64,000 nucleotides of DNA from Desulfobaccales bacterium. GTDB taxonomy: Bacteria > Desulfobacterota > Desulfobaccia > Desulfobaccales > 0-14-0-80-60-11. Shown here one piece after another: positions 16,045-24,731 of this stretch (its first letter is position 1; every line of letters starts with the position of its first letter). A program made the position numbers and the translations under genes. Location: NCBI GenBank assembly GCA_049580385.1, contig JBAUPV010000030.1:577721-641720 (forward strand), in the 5' to 3' direction. The notes beneath the pieces are model-generated. The model saw only the letters and a program-made list of their open reading frames with translations, was not told where the DNA came from and made no database searches.

Positions 16045-18138
16045 ATGGCAAAGGAAGTTTTTAGCATCTGCTTTATGTGTACGCAGCGGTGCCCCATTCG
16101 CATCCTGGTGGAAAATGACGATGTGAAGTGGATCGAAGGCAATCCCCACGTGGCCGGCATCGAGGGAGCCCTGTGCGCCAAGGGTTCCGCGGGCCTGGGG
16201 CTGTTGCACGACAGCGAGCGGCCGCAGTATCCCATGATCCGCGTCGGTCCCCGGGGCGCCGGCCAATGGCAACGAGCCACCTGGGACGAGGCCCTCGATT
16301 TCGTGGCCGCCAAACTCCAGGACATCGTCCGGGAACACGGCCCCCAGAGTCTCATTTGGGCAGAGCGGAACAATCTCAACACCCACATTGTCAAGGCCTT
16401 CATGAACGCCCTGGGCTCCCCTAACCATGTCACTCATGAATCCCTGTGCAGGGGCTCGGTGATCACGGCTGTCAACACCCTGACGGGGTTCCCGTATGCC
16501 CCGGCGGACGTGGGCGTCGACTATGCCAACACCCGGCACATGATCATGTATGGCCGCAATCTCTTTGAGGCCCTGGAAATCAAGTCTATCAACAATCTCC
16601 TGGGCGCCATGGAGAAGGGGGCCAAACTCACCTATATCGACCCCCGGATCAGCGTCACCGCCACCAAGGCCGACCGCTACTGGATGATCCGCCCCGGCAC
16701 TGACCTGGCCCTCAACTACGCCCTGATCCGGACCATCCTGAAAGAGCGTCTTTACGATCAGGTCTACGTCAAGCAATGGGTCACGGGGCTCAAGGAGCTG
16801 GAAGCCTTTGTGGAGCCCTATACCCCGGAGTGGGCCGAGCAGGAGACCGGCATCCCGGCCAACGAGATCGTCGAACTGGCCCGGGAGGCCGCGGCCGTCA
16901 AGCCGGCGGTGGTCTTCCATTACGGTTATCGGGGCTCGCATCACACCGATGAGATCTACATACGCCGTTCCATGATCATCCTCAATGCCTTGATGGGCTC
17001 AATCGAGGCCAAGGGTGGCATATTTTTCAAAAAAACGCCCAAGGACGCCGGCCGCGGCGACATCGGCCGGTATTCCGCCCAGGTATTCCCCAAGATTAGC
17101 CAGCCCCGGTTTGATGGCGCCGGGGGGGCGGCCTTTCCCATTATCAATGCCTTCCACGGCAATGTCCAGCAGTTGGCCCATGCCATCCTGGATCAGGACC
17201 CCTATCCTATCAAGGCTCTGATCGCCAACCGCTTCGACCCCTTGGCCTCCATCCCGGACGCCGCCGCCACCCGGCGGGCCCTGGATCAACTGGACCTCGT
17301 CGTCGCCCTGGAGGCCAACTTCAGTGAAACCGCCTGGTACGCCGACGTCATCTTGCCGGAGTCCATCTATCTGGAGCGCTCCGACTGCATCCAGTTGGTC
17401 ACGGGCCTCAAGCCCGCGCTCTACATGCGCCGGCAGGCGGTGACGCCCCGGTACGACAGCCTGCCCGCCTGGCTGATCATCAAGAAACTGGCCCAGCGCC
17501 TGGGCCTGGAGCGGTACTTTCCTTATGAGACCATCGAGGACATCTGGAATTTTCAGCTTAAGAACCTGGGGGTAAAGATCGAGGATTTTGAGGCTACGGG
17601 CTTTGTGCCTCTGTCGGACAAGCCTATCCTCTGGGACCGGGAAAAGGGCATCAAGTTCAAAACTCCTTCAGGCAAGATAGAGTTGGTAAGTTCCCTGATG
17701 GAAAATGCCGGCATCCCCTCGTTTGTGCCTTACACTCACAGGCCGGAGCCGCCGGCAGACCATTTCCGCCTGATAGTGGGGCGCTGCGCGGCGCATACCC
17801 ACATCTCCACCCAGAACAATTGCTACTTGAACGAATTGGTGCCGGAAAATGAATTGTGGATTAATACCCAACCTGCCGGCCGTTTAGGGATCAAGAATGG
17901 GGCCTATGTCGAGGTGTCTTCGCCGTTGGCCGTTGGTAAAATTAAGGCGAAGGTGACGGACGCCATCCATCCGGAAGCGGTATTCATGCTGCACGGCTTC
18001 GGCAAGACGGTGCCGGCCCAAACCCGCTCCTACCACAAGGGCGTCAGCGACGCCCTGCTGGAGGAAAATGTTACCGACCCGGTGGGGGGCAGCCCGGGCC
18101 TACACGAGACCATGGTGCAGGTGCGATCCCTCAACTAA
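16045..18138 (+). CDS. Molybdopterin (bis-MGD) oxidoreductase catalytic subunit, PsrA/PhsA-like, no Tat signal
   Basis: 697 aa. The N-terminus starts directly with the Fe-S motif CFMCTQRC...C(AKG), with no twin-arginine leader. Candidate Mo-ligand region NHVTHESLCRGS. Typical MopB length and C-terminal beta-barrel region. Confidence 0.85.
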   Translation: MAKEVFSICFMCTQRCPIRILVENDDVKWIEGNPHVAGIEGALCAKGSAGLGLLHDSERPQYPMIRVGPRGAGQWQRATWDEALDFVAAKLQDIVREHGPQSLIWAERNNLNTHIVKAFMNALGSPNHVTHESLCRGSVITAVNTLTGFPYAPADVGVDYANTRHMIMYGRNLFEALEIKSINNLLGAMEKGAKLTYIDPRISVTATKADRYWMIRPGTDLALNYALIRTILKERLYDQVYVKQWVTGLKELEAFVEPYTPEWAEQETGIPANEIVELAREAAAVKPAVVFHYGYRGSHHTDEIYIRRSMIILNALMGSIEAKGGIFFKKTPKDAGRGDIGRYSAQVFPKISQPRFDGAGGAAFPIINAFHGNVQQLAHAILDQDPYPIKALIANRFDPLASIPDAAATRRALDQLDLVVALEANFSETAWYADVILPESIYLERSDCIQLVTGLKPALYMRRQAVTPRYDSLPAWLIIKKLAQRLGLERYFPYETIEDIWNFQLKNLGVKIEDFEATGFVPLSDKPILWDREKGIKFKTPSGKIELVSSLMENAGIPSFVPYTHRPEPPADHFRLIVGRCAAHTHISTQNNCYLNELVPENELWINTQPAGRLGIKNGAYVEVSSPLAVGKIKAKVTDAIHPEAVFMLHGFGKTVPAQTRSYHKGVSDALLEENVTDPVGGSPGLHETMVQVRSLN

Positions 18139-18156
18139 GTTTCCCGGAGGAAAATT

Positions 18157-18681
18157 ATGAGTCAGTATTATCTCATCCAGGACCAGAAAAAGTGCATCGG
18201 CTGTCTGAGCTGCGAGGTGCATTGCAAGAGCAATAAGGGTCTGCCCCTGGGTCCCCGCCTGGGCCAGATCATCCCCGTAGGCCCCAAGATGGTGGCGGCA
18301 GCCCCCCGCATGGGTTTTATCTTTATGCCCTGTTTCCATTGTTCCGAACCGTGGTGCGTGCCGGTGTGCCCCACCGGGGCGATGCGCAAGCGGCCCAAAG
18401 ACGGCATTGTTTACGTGGAGCAGTCCCTGTGCGTGGGCTGCAAAAGCTGTATCACCGCCTGTCCCTGGGGCGCGCCCCAGTGGCATCCGCAACTGGGCAA
18501 AGCTGTAAAATGCGACTACTGCATGGACCGCATCGACGAGGGCCTGAAACCGGCTTGCGTCACCAAGTGCGTCACCCATTGCCTGCAGTTCGGCCTCGCC
18601 GAGCAATTGGATACTACCCGGCGGGAACGCCTGGCCAAAGCGGTGGCCTTCGAGCTGGATACCGTGGTCAGCGGCCACTGA
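18157..18681 (+). CDS. 4x[4Fe-4S] ferredoxin-type electron-transfer subunit (PsrB/DmsB-like)
   Basis: CIGCLSCEVHC, CFHCSEPWCVPVCP, CVGCKSCITACP, CDYCMDR...ACVTKC. Confidence 0.85.
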   Translation: MSQYYLIQDQKKCIGCLSCEVHCKSNKGLPLGPRLGQIIPVGPKMVAAAPRMGFIFMPCFHCSEPWCVPVCPTGAMRKRPKDGIVYVEQSLCVGCKSCITACPWGAPQWHPQLGKAVKCDYCMDRIDEGLKPACVTKCVTHCLQFGLAEQLDTTRRERLAKAVAFELDTVVSGH

Positions 18682-18694
18682 GGTGAGGACGGAA

Positions 18695-21600
18695 ATGATG
18701 GTCGCCCAGTACGCCCCTATTCAGATTAATATCTTCACTTTTCCGGGCAAAGGCCTGGAAGAAGCCGAAGGCGTGCGAGACGCCTTTATGGCGGCCTTGA
18801 AGGAGCGGGCCCTTGACGAACTGGGCCCCCTGGACGTGCAACTGATGGGCTGGCGGGGCATCGAGGGCCGGGACGTCATGGTGGAGGTGCGCCAAAATGG
18901 CGACTCCAGTCTCTACGAACTGGTCACCCCGGATATGGCCTCCCGCATCGTCCAGAGCCACCTGGAGGAGCACCGGCCGGTGCAGCGCTGGGCGGTGGGC
19001 AAAGACTTCGAGGCTTATTACGAGGGCCAGACCGTCCGGATATCAGAACTTCTGGGAAAGATCGACCCGCTCTCTTTGGAGGATTACCAGGATTACGACG
19101 GCTACAAGAGCCTGCTGTCCTTTTACAGTCAGGGCTTCGATTCGTTTCTGCAGAAGGTGGTGGCCTCCGGTTTTTGCGAGTTCTCCCGAACCCGGAGCCT
19201 TCCTTGCGGCACCGCCTGGTGTACCTTCCGGGCGGAGAAGCAACGGCCCCTCCTGGTAGTCAATGCCGCGCCCCCCTTTCCTTCAGCCACCGCAGATTTG
19301 CTGCTCCTGGAGGGCTGTCCCCATCAGGTCTTGGAGGGCATTATCCTGGCTGCCAAGACCCTCCAGGCCGAGGTGGCGGTGGTCTACTTGCCGGCCAACG
19401 CCCCGCTGGCAGTGGAGCGGCTGCAAGCCGCCTGGACCAGGCTGACCGAGAGCCGGATTCTGCCGGAAGCCGTACCGCTGAAACTGATCATTATTTCCGG
19501 AGAATCGCGGTTTATGGTGGAGGACGAAAACCAGTTCATCCAGGCCCTGCAGTCTCTGCTGCCTCGGGACCTTCTTACGAAATACGGGGGTTCCCCCTTT
19601 CTGGTCCATAGCCTGGGCACCCTGGCGTCGCTCCCCTTCATCGCCCAGACGCCGGTCTCCGTCTTCCGGAAATTGGGGATCGCCTGCTCCTCCGGCACCA
19701 TGATCTTCCGCCTGATGGGCGCCGTGGAAACCCCCGGTTTTGTGGAAGTCGCCGTTTCCTCCACCCTGGAGGAGGTGATCAATGGTCCGGGGGGCGGCTT
19801 CCGGCACGGCCGCAAACCAAAGGCCGTCCTGGTGGGGGGGCCTCTGGGGGGCGTCTTTCCGCTGCACCTGCTAAAGCTCAGTCTGAACCACGAGACCCTC
19901 CTGGAAATGGGCGGTTCCCTGGCCCTGGGGACCATCCAGGTCCTCGACGAGCGGGATTGTATCGTCGCCCTGGCGCTGGAGCAGTTCGAATTTATCTTGC
20001 AGCAACCGGGGGCCCAGTGCTCCACTTGCCGCGCCGGCCTCCTTACGGTTAAAGACTTGTTGCACCGGGTTGCCTCAGGCGAGGCCGGCCCGGATGCCCT
20101 GGAAGAGCTGGAGCGCGCCTGTGTGGCCTTGAAGAAAAAGGCCGGCTGTCACCTGGGAAGCCAGGCGGTGAACCCCATCCTCACTTCGCTCCACTATTTC
20201 CCGGATGAATACCGGATGCACACGGACAACAAGCATTGTCCGGCCCGGGTCTGCCCCAAGCTCCTGCTGGCCCCTTGCCACGCGGCCTGCCCGGCCGGGA
20301 TCGACATTCCCAGCTACATGGCCCTGGTGGCTCAGGGCCGGTTCGTGGAAGCCCTGGAAGTTATCCGCCAGGACAACCCCTTTCCCTGGGTCTGCGGTCT
20401 CATCTGTCCGCACCCCTGCGAACGGAGCTGTGTGCGGGGCAACCTGGACCAGCCCCTCAACATCAAATACCTGAAGGCCTTTGTGGCCGATTATGCCACC
20501 CGGCACGGCGAATACGCCCCTTTGCAGCCGGAGGCGCCCAATGGCCATCGCGTCGCCGTGGTCGGCTCCGGACCCGCTGGTCTATCTTGCGCCCATTACC
20601 TGACCTTGCAAGGTTACGCGGTGACCGTCTTCGAGGCCCTGCCGGAGGCCGGCGGCCTCTTCATTGCCGGGATTCCCGAATATCGCCTGCCCCGGGAGGT
20701 GGTGCGCAAGGAAGTGGAGCTGATCCGTTCTCTGGGGGTGGAAATTCGGACCGCGGTGACGGTGGGCCGCGACGTCACCCTGGAGGAACTGCGCCGGCGA
20801 GGCTATGAGGCCTTTTTCCTGGGGATCGGGGCCCATCTGGGCTACAAGTTGAAGATCGAAGGCGAAAATGACTTTCCCCAGGTCTATGACGTGATCTCTT
20901 TCCTGCGTCAGGTTAACCTGGGCAATAAACTGAAGCCGGCGGACAAGGTGGTGATCATCGGCGGCGGCAACGCGGCCATGGACGCGGCCCGGACCTGCGT
21001 GCGCCTGGGCTGCCGGGAGGTTCACGTCTCTTACCGCCGCACCAAGAAGGAGATGCCGGCCCATCCCGAGGAAATTGAGCAGGCCCTGGAGGAAGGGGTC
21101 CAGATTCATTTTCTGACGGTGCCCATCAAGATCGGCGGCGAACAGGGCCGGGTGCAATACCTGGAATGCCTCCGGGCCGAGTTGGGCCGTCCGGACGCTT
21201 CCGGACGCCGCCGCCCCATCTCCATTGCCGACAGCAACTACTTGATCGAGGTCGGGGCGGTGATCACTGCCATCGGCCAGCAGCCCGATCTCTGCCCCTT
21301 CCCGGTACCGCCGGTGGAGACCAGCCCCTGGTGCACCATCGTCACCGAGAAAGGCAGTACCAGCACCAGCGTGAGGGATATCTTCTCCGGCGGCGACGCG
21401 GTCACCGGTCCGGCCACGGCGGTGGAAGCCATCGCCGCCGGCAAACAGGCCGCCCTGGAGATTCACCATTTTCTGTCCCGGGACCAGGGTCCGCTGCCGC
21501 AGGCCAGGCCCCAGAAGCGCGGCCGGGTGCCCTTCCTGGCCATCCCGGCCGAGGAGAAGATTGCCAACCAGCGGGTGCCCACGCCGTTTTTGGATATGGA

Positions 21601-22096
21601 ACAGCGCCGCCATAACTTCGAGCGGGTGGAACTCGACTACTCCCCGGAAGAGGCCCAGAGAGAGGCGCAGCGTTGCTTGCGGTGCGACGTCTGCATCCGT
21701 TGCGGCGCCTGCGAGCGGGTTTGCCGGGATACCATGCAGGTCTATGCCCTGAAGTTTACCCAGATCAGCCCCACGGAGCGGGTGCTCAGCGACTACCACC
21801 GGGCCCGGGAGCGCTGTATCGCCTGCGGCGCCTGCGCCCTGATATGCCCCACCGGGGCCATCGACTACCTGGAGGGGCCGGAGCACCGGGAAATACGCCT
21901 TTGCGGCACCGTCTTAAACCGCCTCGAGGAGCCCAAATGCCCCGGTTGCGGCGGCCCCTTGCCTCCGGTCCGCTATCTCGATTATGTCGCCTCCCACAGC
22001 GACGCGGTCACAGGCAAGCAGGTGCTGCGCCGGTTCTGCTCCGCTTGCGCCCGGGAAAAACGGGCCCAGGAGTTTGTCAACCTGGCCGGGACCTAG
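18695..22096 (+). CDS. Fusion flavo-Fe-S protein: NuoF-like (degenerate) + GltD-like NAD(P)H:FAD oxidoreductase + 2x[4Fe-4S] ferredoxin
   Basis: NuoF-like VVNAAPPFPS...LLLEGCPHQVLEGIILAAK. GltD-like CP...CHAACPAGIDIPSYM...NPFPWVCGLICPHPCERSCVRG, VAVVGSGPAGLSCA, VVIIGGGNAAMD. C-terminal CLRCDVCIRCGACERVC and CIACGACALICPTGAI. The ORF opens at GTG 18683; the ATG at 18695 follows GAGGTGAGGA. Confidence 0.8.
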   Translation: MMVAQYAPIQINIFTFPGKGLEEAEGVRDAFMAALKERALDELGPLDVQLMGWRGIEGRDVMVEVRQNGDSSLYELVTPDMASRIVQSHLEEHRPVQRWAVGKDFEAYYEGQTVRISELLGKIDPLSLEDYQDYDGYKSLLSFYSQGFDSFLQKVVASGFCEFSRTRSLPCGTAWCTFRAEKQRPLLVVNAAPPFPSATADLLLLEGCPHQVLEGIILAAKTLQAEVAVVYLPANAPLAVERLQAAWTRLTESRILPEAVPLKLIIISGESRFMVEDENQFIQALQSLLPRDLLTKYGGSPFLVHSLGTLASLPFIAQTPVSVFRKLGIACSSGTMIFRLMGAVETPGFVEVAVSSTLEEVINGPGGGFRHGRKPKAVLVGGPLGGVFPLHLLKLSLNHETLLEMGGSLALGTIQVLDERDCIVALALEQFEFILQQPGAQCSTCRAGLLTVKDLLHRVASGEAGPDALEELERACVALKKKAGCHLGSQAVNPILTSLHYFPDEYRMHTDNKHCPARVCPKLLLAPCHAACPAGIDIPSYMALVAQGRFVEALEVIRQDNPFPWVCGLICPHPCERSCVRGNLDQPLNIKYLKAFVADYATRHGEYAPLQPEAPNGHRVAVVGSGPAGLSCAHYLTLQGYAVTVFEALPEAGGLFIAGIPEYRLPREVVRKEVELIRSLGVEIRTAVTVGRDVTLEELRRRGYEAFFLGIGAHLGYKLKIEGENDFPQVYDVISFLRQVNLGNKLKPADKVVIIGGGNAAMDAARTCVRLGCREVHVSYRRTKKEMPAHPEEIEQALEEGVQIHFLTVPIKIGGEQGRVQYLECLRAELGRPDASGRRRPISIADSNYLIEVGAVITAIGQQPDLCPFPVPPVETSPWCTIVTEKGSTSTSVRDIFSGGDAVTGPATAVEAIAAGKQAALEIHHFLSRDQGPLPQARPQKRGRVPFLAIPAEEKIANQRVPTPFLDMEQRRHNFERVELDYSPEEAQREAQRCLRCDVCIRCGACERVCRDTMQVYALKFTQISPTERVLSDYHRARERCIACGACALICPTGAIDYLEGPEHREIRLCGTVLNRLEEPKCPGCGGPLPPVRYLDYVASHSDAVTGKQVLRRFCSACAREKRAQEFVNLAGT

Positions 22097-22140
22097 TCCC
22101 TGGCCGTCCCTGGATGTCGATCCACCCTTCTTATTTAAAT

Positions 22141-22206
22141 GTAGGATAAAGACCGACTTGGGGGCTGGTAAGAGTCCTATGGAAAAATCAGACTCATGCG
22201 GACAGC
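22141..22206 (+). promoter_or_regulatory. 66-nt conserved element, copy A
   Basis: GTAGGATAAAGACCGACTTGGGGGCTGGTAAGAGTCCTATGGAAAAATCAGACTCATGCGGACAGC. Aligns without gaps to copies B, C and D. Ends 212 nt upstream of the ATG at 22419. Confidence 0.75.
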
Positions 22207-22418
22207 TTTTCAACCTGGGCTGTGAGAGTTTAGGGGCGTGAAGAAATGAGTTTTCCGAAGTTTGCCGATCAGCAGAGCAGTTTTTAAATGTGCGGAGAAT
22301 TTGGCCTGGATGGCCGTCCGTTTCTAAGCCGAGGTTCAGTTTAACTGCTGGCGGCTAACAGCAGGAGCTATCTCCCCGAATTCGCGGCGAACAGCCCACA
22401 TCAGCAAAGGAGAAGAAA

Positions 22419-23582
22419 ATGTCGTATTACATGTATGACGGGTCCACGGAAGTGACTCCCTGGGAAAGGATGTTCGCCACCATGAATGGCGAAAAGCTTG
22501 ATAGGGTCCCGGTGCATCTCTACCCGCGCTGGACCGCTCTCGAATACCTGGGGCTTACCTTCAAGCAGTCATGGGATGATCCCGATCTGTATGCCAAGGC
22601 GCAGATCATGGCTCAGCAGCGGTTCCAGTATGACTGTGCCGTCGACTTCGATATGATGGGACCGGTTGAAGAAGCCATCGGTGCGACCCTCAAGTACCCC
22701 GAGGATGATGTCCCCCAGATTGCCGAGCCCTTCATCAAGACCAAAGAGGACATGAAGAAGGCCAAATGGAAGCTCGATCCGCGCAAAGACGGCAATATGC
22801 CCAAGGTTCTGCACTGCATCAAGAGCCTGAAGTCAGGGCTGATCAAGGCAGGCAACGGCACCCAGAAGGTGCCCATTATGACCTGGGGCAGTTGCCCTTC
22901 CCGGACCGCCGCCTGTCTGACAGGTTTCAAGGAGTGGTTCCTGATCGTCGCCCGGGACCCGGATTGGGCCCTCGAACTCATGCAAGCCGCCATGGACGGC
23001 TGGCTGCAAATGGTCATTGCCGCTCATGAAGCGGGAGCCGACTGCGTTTGGGTCAACGACCCGGTTTCCTCGGCCGACTGCATCTCCAGGAAACATTATG
23101 AAACCTTGACCCAGCCGTTTGAACGCAAGTTCATCGAGGCCATCCGGCGTGAAACCGGTATGAAGATCATCTTCCATCCTTGTGGGAACTGGCATGACCG
23201 TCTCGATCTCGTCTATCAGAACCAAGCCGACGGCTATTTCCTAGGCCCGATGAATATCGATCTTTGCACCCAAAAGGCTGTCGAGGTCAGAGACGCCGGT
23301 CTCAATCCGCACCTGAAGTTCCTTAACGGCAATTTCGGTGCGGCCACCAAGAGTTCTACGGCGGACCGGAAGCCCGTCCCTTATGCCACCACCCTCAAAT
23401 TCGGCACCCCTGAGGAACTTATCGAGGAGAGCAGGATTATCATCGAGACCGTTGAAGGCGGTGGTCTGCGCTGCATGCTCGGCCCCAACTGTTGGGAGCC
23501 GAAGGGGGCCGCTAACATCAACCGCGATGCGGTGGTCTACGCGGCGCGCCGGCACGGCAGTTACCTCAAAAAAGAAGAGTAA
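22419..23582 (+). CDS. URO-D-family methyltransferase (MtaA/MtbA/MtsA-like, Zn type)
   Basis: 387 aa. N-terminal ...ERMFATMNGEKLDRVPV... typical of the family. Zn motif H-x-C (IFHPCGNW) plus downstream Cys (LRCMLGPNCW). Confidence 0.75.
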   Translation: MSYYMYDGSTEVTPWERMFATMNGEKLDRVPVHLYPRWTALEYLGLTFKQSWDDPDLYAKAQIMAQQRFQYDCAVDFDMMGPVEEAIGATLKYPEDDVPQIAEPFIKTKEDMKKAKWKLDPRKDGNMPKVLHCIKSLKSGLIKAGNGTQKVPIMTWGSCPSRTAACLTGFKEWFLIVARDPDWALELMQAAMDGWLQMVIAAHEAGADCVWVNDPVSSADCISRKHYETLTQPFERKFIEAIRRETGMKIIFHPCGNWHDRLDLVYQNQADGYFLGPMNIDLCTQKAVEVRDAGLNPHLKFLNGNFGAATKSSTADRKPVPYATTLKFGTPEELIEESRIIIETVEGGGLRCMLGPNCWEPKGAANINRDAVVYAARRHGSYLKKEE

Positions 23583-23591
23583 ATCGGGAGG

Positions 23592-24236
23592 ATGACGGTG
23601 GAAATATTAGCGGAAATCGCCAAAGCGGTCTATGACGGAGATGAGCCGAAAACACTCGAGCTTGTCAAGAAGGCGATGGCTGAAGGCGTAGGCGCCCAGG
23701 ACATCGTGGATAAGGGGTTGGTAAAGGGGCTCCACGAATGTGGCGCCGGCTACGAGGCCGGAGAGAAGTTCATCCCCGAGATGCTGATGGCGGCTGAAGC
23801 CATGAAGGCCTCCATGGCGGTTCTCAAACCGCATCTCGTGGTCGGGGAGTCCGTCGGCGGCAAGGTCGTGTTGGCCACAGTTGAAGGCGACGTCCATGAC
23901 ATCGGCCTCGAACTGGTTGCCACCATGCTGGGCAGCGCCGGCCTGGAAGTCAATTTCATGGGGCCGGACGTGGAAACATCCCGCATCATCGCGGCGGTAA
24001 AGGAGGACAAACCTCAATTGCTGGGATTATCCGCGCTGCTTACCAACACGATGGATACTATGCCCGTGATCATCAAGAAACTTGAGCAGGAAGGCCTCAG
24101 AAGTTCGCTCAAGGTAATCATCGGGGGCGCCCCGGTTTCTCAGGATTTCGCGGACCTGATCGGGGCGGACGGCTACGCCTACGATGCCGCCGCGGCCGTT
24201 CCGGTGGCGAAAAAGCTGGTGAGCCAAGTGGCCTGA
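23592..24236 (+). CDS. Corrinoid (B12-binding) protein, MtaC/MtbC/MtsB-like
   Basis: B12-binding DxHxxG motif EGDVHDIGLELV, followed by LLGLSALLT and IIGGAP. N-terminal helical cap domain. The true start may be GTG 23598, which has better spacing from GGGAGG. Confidence 0.85.
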   Translation: MTVEILAEIAKAVYDGDEPKTLELVKKAMAEGVGAQDIVDKGLVKGLHECGAGYEAGEKFIPEMLMAAEAMKASMAVLKPHLVVGESVGGKVVLATVEGDVHDIGLELVATMLGSAGLEVNFMGPDVETSRIIAAVKEDKPQLLGLSALLTNTMDTMPVIIKKLEQEGLRSSLKVIIGGAPVSQDFADLIGADGYAYDAAAAVPVAKKLVSQVA

Positions 24237-24271
24237 TGATCCCAAGTTCCCGGTAACCCGTAAGTGATGCC

Positions 24272-24313
24272 AATCGGCTATCTCGTCTTAAACGGGATAG
24301 CCGATTTCTTTTC
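24272..24313 (+). terminator. Rho-independent terminator
   Basis: AATCGGCTATC (24272-24282) pairs perfectly with GATAGCCGATT (24296-24306), followed by TCTTTTC. Lies 36 nt after the corrinoid-protein stop. Confidence 0.7.
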
Positions 24314-24409
24314 ACAAAATCATGTTGTATTAAATAGAGCCTTCCGCCCCCTCCGGGAACTGAGCATTGGAGATGCGGTATCCGTAATATTCAATGGTCG
24401 CAAGGGGAG

Positions 24410-24685
24410 ATGGAAAGGCTTGAGAGAGTGATCTCGCCAAAGTACAACCCCGATCCCTGGAAGAAGTGGATGGACAGGCTCGATAAAATCTATGGAAATG
24501 GTTCCATCTTCGAGAAGATGTATGCCATCGCCCAGGAGGTTCCTGCCAACGCTTACGCCATCGATATAGTTCCGAAACGCTGGTGGAAGCCGAACCCGCC
24601 CTGGTGGAATAACTCCGATACGGCGCCGTGGAGGAGAGGAACCGGCTGCTTCGCGAGATCCCTCGAAAAGAAGACCCCCGGATAG
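24410..24685 (+). CDS. Hypothetical 91-aa Trp/Pro-rich protein (uncertain)
   Basis: ORF in a lower-GC gap between convergent genes. Composition is protein-like (WWKPNPPWWNN), but the SD abuts the ATG. Confidence 0.25.
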   Translation: MERLERVISPKYNPDPWKKWMDRLDKIYGNGSIFEKMYAIAQEVPANAYAIDIVPKRWWKPNPPWWNNSDTAPWRRGTGCFARSLEKKTPG

Positions 24686-24731
24686 CCACTCAGTTGGCGT
24701 CGATCCTGCCAACCCCGTCAGACTTACAGCT

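Noticed and set aside
16015-16944. 309-aa ORF antisense to the molybdopterin oxidoreductase
   Set aside because: No motifs. It is fully contained in a gene with strong family features.
19283-21886. ORFs 19283-19867, 19384-20025 and 20582-21886 (434 aa), antisense to the 1137-aa fusion gene
   Set aside because: Shadow frames with G/A/P/R-rich composition.
22141-22206. The 66-nt element interpreted as a riboswitch or structured 5' UTR
   Set aside because: The TAGGAC/GTCCTA arms could pair, but the 26-nt interior shows no covariation across the four copies. The conserved blocks recur with 10-nt phasing, which fits protein-binding DNA sites better. This is not fully excluded.
22349-22363. TGGCGGCTAACAGCA upstream of the URO-D methyltransferase as a -24/-12 promoter
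   Set aside because: Spacing is one nt short, and there is no TTGC. The sequence is better explained as the CTGCTG...CAGCAG hairpin.
24320-24712. Minus-strand ORFs (130 and 119 aa) between the corrinoid protein and pterin methyltransferase genes
   Set aside because: They have no RBS or motif and overlap the terminator hairpin. The plus-strand 91-aa ORF is only marginally better and is reported with low confidence.
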